Source: Candidatus Poribacteria bacterium
GTDB taxonomy: Bacteria; Poribacteria; WGA-4E; WGA-3G
DNA length: 64,000 nt
Direction: 5' to 3'
Assembly: GCA_965205015.1 (NCBI GenBank)
Contig: OZ242029.1
Location: 256,001 to 320,000, forward strand
Positions 8,906 to 17,732 of this stretch are shown in pieces; positions within the stretch are counted from its first letter, which is position 1; each line of letters opens with the position of its first letter. Position numbers and translations under genes: made by a program. Below the pieces are notes generated by a model. It had not been told where the DNA came from. It did no database searches and saw only the letters and a list, made by a program, of their open reading frames with translations.

Positions 8906-9751
8906 ATGTCTACTGACAATTCAAAGGCAGATCGCGATTTTTTAGACCCTGTTTTCAAAGAGGTCATGACGTTTAACTTCGCTCAATTGGCTCTGCCTGT
9001 CGAAACGCAAGTGGAAATTAGTCGCCTTCCTCGGACGATGGATGCTCTTATTGTTCTTGAACAGCCCCTTGAACGTGAGAAAGTTCGTGAGCAAACGGTT
9101 TTCAATTACTTCCGGGTCTACAATCAGATTGAATTCAAAGGGAAAAACGATCCGCTCACACGGGACGAGTATAATCTCATTCGAGGGCGAAGCTATCTTT
9201 ATCTTGGGGAAAAGAAGATCTCCGCGTCTTTAATGACAGTTACAATCATTTCCGCCCGGCAACCGAGGAACGTCCTCTATCATTCCACTCTCGACGTGAA
9301 ATGGAAATCGGAAAGCGCAGGACATTACAAAAGTGTAGACCTCTTTCCAGTTCACCTCTTTGTGTGCAACGAGCTTGAACTCACCCCAAAGAATTACCCG
9401 CTCCTTCTGTTTGCAGCATCAAAGGAGAAGTTTCGTCAATTTGTTGAGCAAATTGTAGGCGAGGACAATATAACTTACATCTACTATGCTTCGCGTGTTG
9501 AACCAACAGTCACAAAAGAGGTTTTAAAAATGGCAAGAAAACAGAATTTATACGAAAAACAACTTCAGCGAATCGTTGATAGCATGGGGGCGGATCTGCT
9601 ACAAAAAATGACCCCGGAAGAACGTATGCATGGATTGACGGTTTCTGAAAGGTTAGCAGGACTCAGCCCAGAAGATTTACGCGCTTTGGACCCGAAAGTG
9701 AAAGCAGCACTCTTGGAGATGTTGAATCAACCAGACGAAACGCAAGTTTAA
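8906..9751 (+). CDS. Rpn-like / PD-(D/E)XK nuclease-family protein with C-terminal ERLxGL repeats
   Basis: D..FK N-terminus, D(ALIV)...IEFK catalytic-like motif, tail PEERMHGLTVSERLAGLSPED; GGAGAGG RBS. Confidence 0.6.
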   Translation: MSTDNSKADRDFLDPVFKEVMTFNFAQLALPVETQVEISRLPRTMDALIVLEQPLEREKVREQTVFNYFRVYNQIEFKGKNDPLTRDEYNLIRGRSYLYLGEKKISASLMTVTIISARQPRNVLYHSTLDVKWKSESAGHYKSVDLFPVHLFVCNELELTPKNYPLLLFAASKEKFRQFVEQIVGEDNITYIYYASRVEPTVTKEVLKMARKQNLYEKQLQRIVDSMGADLLQKMTPEERMHGLTVSERLAGLSPEDLRALDPKVKAALLEMLNQPDETQV

Positions 9752-9793
9752 AACGAAACTTATCTACCCCCATTTTTTTACAAGGAGCCGTTC

Positions 9794-10999
9794 ATGAAAC
9801 AGATAGAAGGCGGAATCACCGCAGTCGCCGGTATCCGCGCAGCGGGTCTCCATGCAGGCATTAAAGCCGCAGATGCCAAGGACGTGGCACTCATCGTTAC
9901 CGACACCCCAGCGACCGCCGCCGGGGTTTTCACAAAAAACAGCGTCACCGCAGCGCCCGTGATTGTCTGCCGCGAGCATCTCAGCGACGGACGCGCACAA
10001 GCCGTTATCGTCAATAGCGGGAACGCCAACGCCTGCACCGGCGAGGTCGGCATGGCGAACGCACGACGGATGGCTGCCGCAACCGCCGAACAGATCGGTA
10101 TAGACGCGAACCTCGTTCTCGTCTCTTCTACAGGTGTTATCGGACAGCAATTACCGATGGACACAATCGAAAATGGAATCCAAGCCGCCGCAAGCGCGCT
10201 GAGTCGTGAAGGGGGTGCCGATGCCGCCGAAGCGATTATGACAACGGATACACACCCGAAATCTGTCGCCGTAGAGATCGAAATCGGCGATACACCCGTG
10301 AGGATCGGTGGGATCGCGAAAGGTTCGGGGATGATCGCACCCAATATGGCGACGATGCTCTCCTATCTGACAACAGATGCCCGAATCAACGCCGAAGTGC
10401 TTCAAGCCGCCCTCAATCGTGTCGTAGACGACACCTATAATCTCTTAACCGTTGACACCGATCGCAGCACAAACGATACGGTGCTGATCCTCGCCACTGG
10501 ACATGCCGATAACGCCGAGATTGTTACAGCAGATGGGAAAGATTACGAAGCGTTTTGTGAAGGACTTCAGTTCGTCTGCACCGAATTGGTGAAGATGCTC
10601 GCCCGCGACGGCGAAGGTGCGACGAAACTCGTTGAGGTGATCGTCAAACACGCCAAGAATCGGGACGACGCTGAAAAAGCGGCGCGTGCCGTTGCGGAAT
10701 CACCGCTCGTCAAGACCGCCGTTTTCGCTAACGATGCAAATTGGGGACGGATTATGATGGCGATCGGGAAATCGGGGGCGGAATTTGACCCGTATCAGGT
10801 GGATGTCTGGCTCGCCGATTATCGACTCGTCAAAAACGGAATGGATGCTGGCTATGATGAAGACAAGGCGACCGCGCTGTTCGCACAAGACCCCGTGCGT
10901 ATCACGATTGACCTCCGTGCCGGTGACACAGAAATAACGATGTGGACATGTGATTATTCCTATGACTATATCCGAATCAACGCCGATTACCGGACATAA
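9794..10999 (+). CDS. argJ: Bifunctional glutamate N-acetyltransferase/amino-acid acetyltransferase
   Basis: NSGNANACTG, IMTTDT, AKGSGMIAPNMATML, DRSTND, RDGEGATK, NWGRI, YIRINADYRT. Confidence 0.97.
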   Translation: MKQIEGGITAVAGIRAAGLHAGIKAADAKDVALIVTDTPATAAGVFTKNSVTAAPVIVCREHLSDGRAQAVIVNSGNANACTGEVGMANARRMAAATAEQIGIDANLVLVSSTGVIGQQLPMDTIENGIQAAASALSREGGADAAEAIMTTDTHPKSVAVEIEIGDTPVRIGGIAKGSGMIAPNMATMLSYLTTDARINAEVLQAALNRVVDDTYNLLTVDTDRSTNDTVLILATGHADNAEIVTADGKDYEAFCEGLQFVCTELVKMLARDGEGATKLVEVIVKHAKNRDDAEKAARAVAESPLVKTAVFANDANWGRIMMAIGKSGAEFDPYQVDVWLADYRLVKNGMDAGYDEDKATALFAQDPVRITIDLRAGDTEITMWTCDYSYDYIRINADYRT

Positions 11000-11024
11000 A
11001 GTTTAAGAAAAAGGAAAATCAAAA

Positions 11025-11438
11025 ATGAGACACACAACTGAAATCAAACTCGTAAATTTAGGAGATCTGCATGCCGTCAGATTAGGTGTTATGGATCCTG
11101 AAGATGTAAGGAGACTCACTGTTGAGGATGCCCTTGTGGATACCGGTGCTACGCGTCTCTGTCTACCGACATCACTCATTGAGCACCTCGGTCTCACACC
11201 TGTCGACACGCGGAGTGCCCGAACGGCTACTGGCATTGTGGAGCGGACACTCTATTCCGAGGTTGAATATACCCTGTTAGAACGAAGCAGCACCATCCGA
11301 GTAACCGATTTACCTGAAGGTTCACCAGTACTCATCGGACACATGCTCTTGGAAGAACTTGACCTTTGTGTTGATATGAAAAGGGGACTCATCTACAATC
11401 CCGCACACGGTGATGATTGGATTGAAGAGCAACTCTGA
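11025..11438 (+). CDS. Clan AA (retropepsin-like) aspartyl protease
   Basis: ALVDTGAT catalytic motif, TATG flap, VLIGHMLLEELDL. Confidence 0.85.
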   Translation: MRHTTEIKLVNLGDLHAVRLGVMDPEDVRRLTVEDALVDTGATRLCLPTSLIEHLGLTPVDTRSARTATGIVERTLYSEVEYTLLERSSTIRVTDLPEGSPVLIGHMLLEELDLCVDMKRGLIYNPAHGDDWIEEQL

Positions 11439-11498
11439 GGATTCATCAAGATTTTTTGACAAAAATTCAAATTTTTGCTGTTTTTATAGAAAAATAAT

Positions 11499-11527
11499 TT
11501 GACTTTCACTTGCAGGTATGTTAAACT
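11499..11527 (+). promoter_or_regulatory. sigma70 promoter of tRNA operon
   Basis: TTGACT-N17-TAAACT with extended TG and AT-rich upstream region. Confidence 0.6.
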
Positions 11528-11577
11528 ATATACGTTTTGAAATTCGTCGATTTTTCTGCGCGAATTGCCAAAACGAT

Positions 11578-11652
11578 GCGGGAGTAGCTCAGTGGTAGAG
11601 CTCCACCTTGCCAAGGTGGAGGTCGCGAGTTCAAATCTCGTCTCCCGCTCCA
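11578..11652 (+). tRNA. tRNA-Gly(GCC)
   Basis: GCGGGAG/CTCCCGC acceptor stem, anticodon loop TTGCCAA, GTTCAAAT T-loop, encoded CCA. Confidence 0.96.
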
Positions 11653-11660
11653 TCTTCTAT

Positions 11661-11735
11661 GGTGGCGTAGCCAAGTGGTAAGGCCAGAGTCTGCAAAACT
11701 CTTATTCGTCGGTTCGATTCCGACCGCCACCTCCA
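11661..11735 (+). tRNA. tRNA-Cys(GCA)
   Basis: GGTGGCG/CGCCACC acceptor stem, loop CTGCAAA, GTTCGAT, U73, encoded CCA. Confidence 0.96.
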
Positions 11736-11749
11736 TTCTTTTTTTCGAC

Positions 11750-11823
11750 GGGCGGTTAGCTCAGGTGGCTAGAGCGTTTGCTTGACATGCAAGAGGTCAC
11801 TGGTTCAAGTCCAGTACCGCCCA
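11750..11823 (+). tRNA. tRNA-Val(GAC)
   Basis: GGGCGGT/ACCGCCC acceptor stem, loop TTGACAT, GTTCAAGT; CCA not encoded. Confidence 0.94.
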
Positions 11824-11862
11824 TCCTTCCCCTCTCTCTCGACACTGAAGGGCACCGCACCT

Positions 11863-13944
11863 CTATTCCCTAAAAAGCGTGTAATGACATGGGAATCGTT
11901 TGTTCTCAGGCCAGTACTTCTTGAACGTTCTCATATCCACGTTGAGTGCTTCAGAGGCTTCAGCATGGTTCGTGTATAAGTAGGGTGCCCGGCGATAAAT
12001 ATTCCATTCAATTTGCGAAAAGGTCATGCCGCCGAAATAGATACAGCCATGATCTTCAGCCAACCGCTTAGAGAGCACTTTCAAAGTGAGATGCACACTC
12101 CGTATCTGACCACTCACATTTTTGTTCCGCCATGCTGGACGTGAAAAATTCTCCAAGATGAAGAAGTTGATCGGTTCTTTGAGAAGTCTTCTAATCTCGC
12201 CGCGAGAAAACCGTTCGAGCTGGCTCGAAGGTGCTATAGATGTCCAAAGTGAGTCCTCATCTTCTCCCCAATAGGATAACTGTCTCTCAAGTTTTTCAAG
12301 AGAAATACGCAATTCTCTCGCAGCATTTCCTTTGCTCCCCCCATGTTCCTTTACGATCTCGTGCAGAACCGCAGTCAGGCTACCTCTATGGGTTCTTTCT
12401 TTTATACTGACGGGTTCCGCTTCCTCTATGGGTTCGACTCTATGTCGAAGCTTTGATAATTGAGAGATAGCCTCGTCAATGACCTGCCGAATACGTCTGG
12501 ATAAATCAGGCACCGTTAGCGAACGTGCATCCCATTCGTACTCCCAATTGGCAACTTCGCGTTTGGCTCTATCGGCGCGGGCACGCCCGTCATTCGAGAA
12601 TTCTTCCCACCACGCTGTGATTTGGCTGTCAGCGCCACCGGATCCCACATCAGAGAGAAACTGACAGAACACCGCCACCGGCAAATCCAGCAGGTTCTTA
12701 TATATCGGTGTTTCTGGGGTTCCCGAAGATCGCATGCCTACCGGGTTTCCGTTGCCCCCTGCATCGCCTCTATACAGCTGGATGGCTTCCGGGAGGTCTT
12801 CCTGCAAAATCCCCTCACCTTGCGAATTGACGATCGCGCTTTCGAGGCATCTCTCTAACTCTCGAACGTTGCCGGGCCAGTTATAGGCTTCGAGCAATTC
12901 CATCGCTTCTTCAGAAATACCGTGCATGGGTCTCCCATTTTCTTCCTCAATCCGTTGTAGAAAGTGCGTGGTGAGCAACGAAATATCCTCTGTCCGTTCT
13001 CGCAAGGGGGGCAGGTCGATTTGATAGCCACAGAGACGATAGTACAAATCTTCTCGGAAGGTCCCTTGCGCCACCATTTCCCGCAAGTTCTGATTCGTAG
13101 CACTGACGACCCGCACATCCACGCTGCGGGTCTGCATTCCGCCAACGCGTAGGACCTCTCTTTCTTGCAGTACATTGAGAAGGGTCTCTTGTAGGGCAGG
13201 TGTCATATTGCTAATTTCATCTAAAAACAGGGTCCCACCATCCGCCAACTCAAAGCGTCCGGGTTTACCTTCGGGCCTCCCCCCCGTGAAAGCACCCCTT
13301 TCATACCCCAGCAGTTCACTTTCACGCAGTTCGTTCGGGATTGCCCCACAATCAATGGAGATAAACGATCCCGCTGCCCGTTCACTCTCTTCGTGAATTA
13401 AGCGTGCAACCAGCCCTTTCCCAGTGCCTGTTTCCCCCTCAAGCAGCACTGAAACGTTAAGGTCGGCTGCAAGTCCAATTTTTCTATTCAGGTCAAACAT
13501 GACGTCACTTACCCCAACGAGAAAAGACTCGTCCTCCGGCATTTCTCCGTCAGGCATCAAGAAAGTGTTGCTTCGGTCGGTTCGGACAGAGATCCGGCTA
13601 AACGCCCGCTCAAGAGACCGCAGGATATCTTCCATATTCAGGCGTCGAGACAACACCTCTAATGCGCCGAGACGCGTTGCCTTTCTCGCCGTTTGGACGC
13701 CTGCTCCGATCACAATTACAATGACCTCCGGGTGTTCGTGCTTAATGCGTTTCAAGGCGTCCCACCCTCTTTCCGCTGATAATATCACATTGAGCAAGAT
13801 AACTTTTAGATTCTCGGATGCGTGAATATGTCGCAACCCTTCGTCAACGGTGTCAACGCTGATAGGGGAATAGCCTCTATCTGTTAGGAAAATTTCCAAT
13901 TCCTGTGAACTTTGATTGTCGTCAATGATGAGGACGTTTTCCAT
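11863..13944 (-). CDS. sigma54-dependent enhancer-binding protein (NtrC-like) with pseudo-receiver domain and long C-terminal extension
   Basis: Walker A GETGTGK, ESELLGYERGAFTGG, Walker B LFLDEI, FREDLYYRL, WPGNVREL; receiver has LLN in place of phospho-Asp; two HTH-like segments (NAARELRIS, EASEALNVD). Confidence 0.9.
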   Translation of the reverse strand: MENVLIIDDNQSSQELEIFLTDRGYSPISVDTVDEGLRHIHASENLKVILLNVILSAERGWDALKRIKHEHPEVIVIVIGAGVQTARKATRLGALEVLSRRLNMEDILRSLERAFSRISVRTDRSNTFLMPDGEMPEDESFLVGVSDVMFDLNRKIGLAADLNVSVLLEGETGTGKGLVARLIHEESERAAGSFISIDCGAIPNELRESELLGYERGAFTGGRPEGKPGRFELADGGTLFLDEISNMTPALQETLLNVLQEREVLRVGGMQTRSVDVRVVSATNQNLREMVAQGTFREDLYYRLCGYQIDLPPLRERTEDISLLTTHFLQRIEEENGRPMHGISEEAMELLEAYNWPGNVRELERCLESAIVNSQGEGILQEDLPEAIQLYRGDAGGNGNPVGMRSSGTPETPIYKNLLDLPVAVFCQFLSDVGSGGADSQITAWWEEFSNDGRARADRAKREVANWEYEWDARSLTVPDLSRRIRQVIDEAISQLSKLRHRVEPIEEAEPVSIKERTHRGSLTAVLHEIVKEHGGSKGNAARELRISLEKLERQLSYWGEDEDSLWTSIAPSSQLERFSRGEIRRLLKEPINFFILENFSRPAWRNKNVSGQIRSVHLTLKVLSKRLAEDHGCIYFGGMTFSQIEWNIYRRAPYLYTNHAEASEALNVDMRTFKKYWPENKRFPCHYTLFRE

Positions 13945-13969
13945 GAATTTACCTCTTTCTTTGAAAAGT

Positions 13970-14227
13970 CTCTGCGGTTTTTTGCAAAACTTTTGTGGTT
14001 TCTTACAAAGTTTGTGCTGGCATCGCTATTTTTTGCCCAAGATAAGTATATCATACATCATAACCGATTTTAAGCAAGTTTCAATCGCTTTTGTAACATG
14101 CGTAAGTTCTATATAACTTAACACGCACCACGAGAAAAAAGTTTACAAGACCATCCATCCGATTTTCCCGGCAAGACTTGTGCTGTTTCTTACAAGACCT
14201 ATGCTGTTTCTTACAAAACTTGTGCTG
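13970..14227. promoter_or_regulatory. Two clusters of 21-bp-period direct repeats, candidate activator binding sites
   Basis: Units at 13970, 13991, 14012 (partial) and 14178, 14199, 14220 (partial); core TG(T/C)-N8-ACA, e.g. TGTGGTTTCTTACA, TGCTGTTTCTTACA. Confidence 0.7.
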
Positions 14228-14267
14228 AAATCGCCATTTTCGCGCCGAATCCTTGGCAACATTGGCT

Positions 14268-14283
14268 TGGCATGAATCTTGCT
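14268..14283 (+). promoter_or_regulatory. sigma54 -24/-12 promoter
   Basis: TGGCATGAATCTTGCT (GG-N10-GC), divergent from the bEBP gene. Confidence 0.8.
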
Positions 14284-14420
14284 TTTTTGCTTCCTGAGCT
14301 CATGTCAGAGGTACCTCTGTTTTTGAGCTGTGGACACCCAAACCCGCTACGCGGGTGTGATGTGGGGTCACTCTCGCGGCAGGCGTATTCATTTTCAGAT
14401 TTCAACATAAGGAAATTTTG

Positions 14421-14897
14421 ATGAAAACAAGTTTGGATATTATAAGCATAATTTTAATTAGGGTGTGTTTACTTTGTTTGTTTTTTGTTTCAATTACAGG
14501 CTGTGGTGAAGATGAAACTATCCGCGAAGTTACCCCTGTGAAAAAACTTACCCCTAAGGAAAGGCTAACGGGAAATTATTCGCTTCTCAAAATTGAAGCC
14601 GAGGGAATCACTCTGGAACCGCCAGTTGTATACGGAAACTTGGATCTCAACTCCGCAGGTAATTGGTCGATGCAGACAGCCTGGGATCCAAAGTTTAATG
14701 GGGGTAATCTATCAATTTCAGGTACTATTTGGACCGCAGATAACAAAGAACTTACTTTGGCATTATCAATTGAAACGATCGATGAGGCCCGCCACATACC
14801 CTACACGCTAAGGGGGAATACATTGGTCCTTATGTTTGATGCATTACAAGAAGAAGAAGATGGGATTTCTACATTGTCTTGGAGCAAACAACGGTAA
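14421..14897 (+). CDS. Lipoprotein, lipocalin-like beta-barrel domain
   Basis: AAGGA RBS; lipobox-like SITGC; LTGNYSL..., YTLRGNTLVL motifs. Confidence 0.65.
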   Translation: MKTSLDIISIILIRVCLLCLFFVSITGCGEDETIREVTPVKKLTPKERLTGNYSLLKIEAEGITLEPPVVYGNLDLNSAGNWSMQTAWDPKFNGGNLSISGTIWTADNKELTLALSIETIDEARHIPYTLRGNTLVLMFDALQEEEDGISTLSWSKQR

Positions 14898-14912
14898 CAC
14901 CTCGCAATTCTT

Positions 14913-15045
14913 TTATAGTAGATCCCATAATTACTTACACACTCACATCGTTATGTGAACTTGTAAATGTGTGCCTCACGGAGGCACAGGAGACCAACGG
15001 TTTCCTATGCTACAAGTGTAAACTTATTTTTACAACCTACTATAA
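14913..15045. mobile_element. MITE family A (TTATAGTA...TACTATAA ends)
   Basis: About 30-bp imperfect terminal inverted repeats shared with 28461-28587 and 36758-36876; internal segment GCACAGGAGACCAACGGTTTCCTATGCTACAA recurs near-identically at about 22700. Confidence 0.7.
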
Positions 15046-15170
15046 TCAAGGGTCTCTTTCTCTTGTAAATGCGGAGAATTCCCTTGTCAAAAGGGTAAGG
15101 GAATCGCAATCCGTGGGGAGACAGCAGATTTCTGTCTCTATGTAAGTCCTGTGAAAACAAGGAGAAAGTT

Positions 15171-17657
15171 TTGAAAAATATAAATATATCTCAATTGATA
15201 ATTGGAATTGCATTTCTCACACTTGTGTTTTCAAGCGTGGGGTGGAGCCAATCCGCCGACATTGTCCTGATCATTGACAGTTCATCGAGTATGGGAGGTA
15301 ACGATCCAACTGACCTCCGGAAAGACGCAGCGGAGCTGCTCATCGGTTTAGCCGCATCCGATACGCAATCCGAGGTCCAAATCGGGATTGTTGATTTTGA
15401 TGGTTGGGCAGTAACGCTTGCCCCACTTACCGTGGTTAATCCTGCTGGACAGGTTCAATTAGAGGACGCGGTCGATCAAATTAACTCTGATGGCAGCACC
15501 AATATCGCTGGTGGGCTCCATCAAGGATTTGAGGTATTATCTGCGGGTAGTGATCCCGACGTAAGAAAGGCGGCAGTCCTGCTCACCGATGGCGAAGATA
15601 ATTCGTATACGGACGACATCGTCTCAAACTACGACGCGAAGGCCTGGTCAATTTACACGATCGGCTTAGGTTCCGGTGTTAACCAAGCGAAATTACAGAA
15701 CATCGCGAGTGCGACACCAGAGGGCGAATATTATCCCGTAGATTTAAGCAAGATTCATGAAGTCTACAACAGTATTCTTGCCAAGGTTACCCGGAGGACC
15801 ATATTCGCAAGTCATGCAGGTTATATCAATCAAGATCAGGAGCGCACGCAAAATGTTTTGGTTGATAGGGACGTTAGACAGCTCAATTTCTCGGCGAATT
15901 GGATAGGGAGCACCATTGAGATGGCACTCGTTGATCCCAGAGGCTTTGAAATAACGCCAGATATCGCTGCCACCCAAGGCATCGGTTATCAAGTTGCCCC
16001 GACTTTTGTTATCTATACTGTCGATAACCCGATGGCGGGGGAATGGCGGATGAAGATAAAAGGGACAGATATCCCACCGGAAGGCGAACCGTACAGCCTC
16101 GTCGTTACGGGTGACTCGGATTTTGTTACGAATTTCCTTGCCTTCGAAGCGAGTTATTCTGTCGGGGACACCGTGCGCATCGGCATCCGCATCCACGAAA
16201 AAACCGGAGACATCTCACATCCTGTGTTAGGTGCTACCACCTCGGCCGCCGTTGTCCGTCCAGATGGCCGCATTGAGACGCTAACGCTGTTTGATGACGG
16301 TCTCCACGACGATAGCACAGCCGGTGATGGCGTTTACGCAAATAATTACACCAATGTTGATCTGTTGGGAAGCTACCTTATTCGGGCTTCTGTCCAAAAT
16401 GGGTTTTCCCGTAAAATTGAGAAGCAGATTGTCGTAGGCAATATTGATAACGTCTTCGTCGACGGCTCCACTTTGACCCCCGCAGCGGGTGCAACCCTCA
16501 GCCAGGTGCCAAGGCGTATCAGTGCGGTGATTTCGGGACCTGCGGGTAGTATTGACAGGGACACAATTGTGCTGAGAGTTGACGGTGCCATTGTCCAACA
16601 CGCCTACAATGCCGTGAATCAACTCGTTTCATTTGAACCGGCACAGTTATCCCGAGGCACGCACACAGTCTCTTTAAGTGTTAATAACACTATTGAGACA
16701 AACTGGTCCTTTACGACTGAGTCGGGGGTTGTATCGCGCTTCGCCATTTTGATGGTTCTTCTTGATAACGAGCTCAACATGCTCGCAGAACGCAACATGC
16801 TTGCTGTCCCACTCATCCCTGAAGTGCCTTACACAGGGAGCCCCCTCAGTGAAATGTTAGCGGCGACCCTTGTCATCAGATTTGATACAGTCAAACAAGC
16901 ATACACCGGCTACGTTGCACCGGGGGCAACTGACAGTTTTGCTGTTGCGGATGGAAAGACCTATAGGGTCAATATCCCCGCGCCCAGAATGCATGCGTTC
17001 ACACGGACAGCACGGACGAATCCGCAAGTGGCTGCCGCCCCCGGTCTCAGGACTCAAGCGGGGACCAGGATATTTGTTGTGAGCTGCGATCTGCGAGGCA
17101 TCGACGCTGATGCTCGCTACGCTCTGACGGTGAAAAATCTGCGGACCGGCGCAGTCGCTATTTCTGGGGACGCTGAGACTCCCAAAGCAGTATGGGCAAA
17201 TGTGAACCGCAACAGTGCCGTCCAAATCGGGGACATACTGGAGGTGGTATTACGCGACGCGTATGGAAATATCGTCGCCGGTCCACGCCTGCAAACGGTG
17301 TCCGCTACAGATATTCACAACGCGTATCTGCGGGTTCAGTTGACGGGCAGAGATATACAACCGAAAGATACAGTCCTGGCGCAGAACTACCCGAACCCTT
17401 TTAACCCTGAAACGTGGATTCCGTATCAACTGAGCGATCCCACCGATGTTTCAATTCAGATTTATGATAACTCAGGTCGCTTGGTCCGGACGTTGGCAGT
17501 TGGGTTGAAGGCAGCAGGTATCTATAGGACGCGTTCGCGAGCGGCGTATTGGGATGGTAAGAATGAAAGCGGTGAGTGTGTGGCGAGCGGCACCTATTTC
17601 TATACACTCCGGACCCCCGAATTCTCGGCTACGCGCCGGATGATCATTTTGAAGTAG
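15171..17657 (+). CDS. Secreted vWA-domain protein with Ig-like domains and C-terminal sorting (T9SS-A/FlgD-like) domain
   Basis: Signal peptide; MIDAS DSSSSM..T..LLTDG; LFDDGLHDDSTAGDGVY motif; [16 protein letters not shown]...ATRRMIILK. Confidence 0.88.
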   Translation: MKNINISQLIIGIAFLTLVFSSVGWSQSADIVLIIDSSSSMGGNDPTDLRKDAAELLIGLAASDTQSEVQIGIVDFDGWAVTLAPLTVVNPAGQVQLEDAVDQINSDGSTNIAGGLHQGFEVLSAGSDPDVRKAAVLLTDGEDNSYTDDIVSNYDAKAWSIYTIGLGSGVNQAKLQNIASATPEGEYYPVDLSKIHEVYNSILAKVTRRTIFASHAGYINQDQERTQNVLVDRDVRQLNFSANWIGSTIEMALVDPRGFEITPDIAATQGIGYQVAPTFVIYTVDNPMAGEWRMKIKGTDIPPEGEPYSLVVTGDSDFVTNFLAFEASYSVGDTVRIGIRIHEKTGDISHPVLGATTSAAVVRPDGRIETLTLFDDGLHDDSTAGDGVYANNYTNVDLLGSYLIRASVQNGFSRKIEKQIVVGNIDNVFVDGSTLTPAAGATLSQVPRRISAVISGPAGSIDRDTIVLRVDGAIVQHAYNAVNQLVSFEPAQLSRGTHTVSLSVNNTIETNWSFTTESGVVSRFAILMVLLDNELNMLAERNMLAVPLIPEVPYTGSPLSEMLAATLVIRFDTVKQAYTGYVAPGATDSFAVADGKTYRVNIPAPRMHAFTRTARTNPQVAAAPGLRTQAGTRIFVVSCDLRGIDADARYALTVKNLRTGAVAISGDAETPKAVWANVNRNSAVQIGDILEVVLRDAYGNIVAGPRLQTVSATDIHNAYLRVQLTGRDIQPKDTVLAQNYPNPFNPETWIPYQLSDPTDVSIQIYDNSGRLVRTLAVGLKAAGIYRTRSRAAYWDGKNESGECVASGTYFYTLRTPEFSATRRMIILK

Positions 17658-17732
17658 GCATATCGGGTATAGCAAAACCCTTTTTGTCTGGGTAAGCGAG
17701 TTTGTGGCAGCCACAAGAACTGAGGAGAAGTC

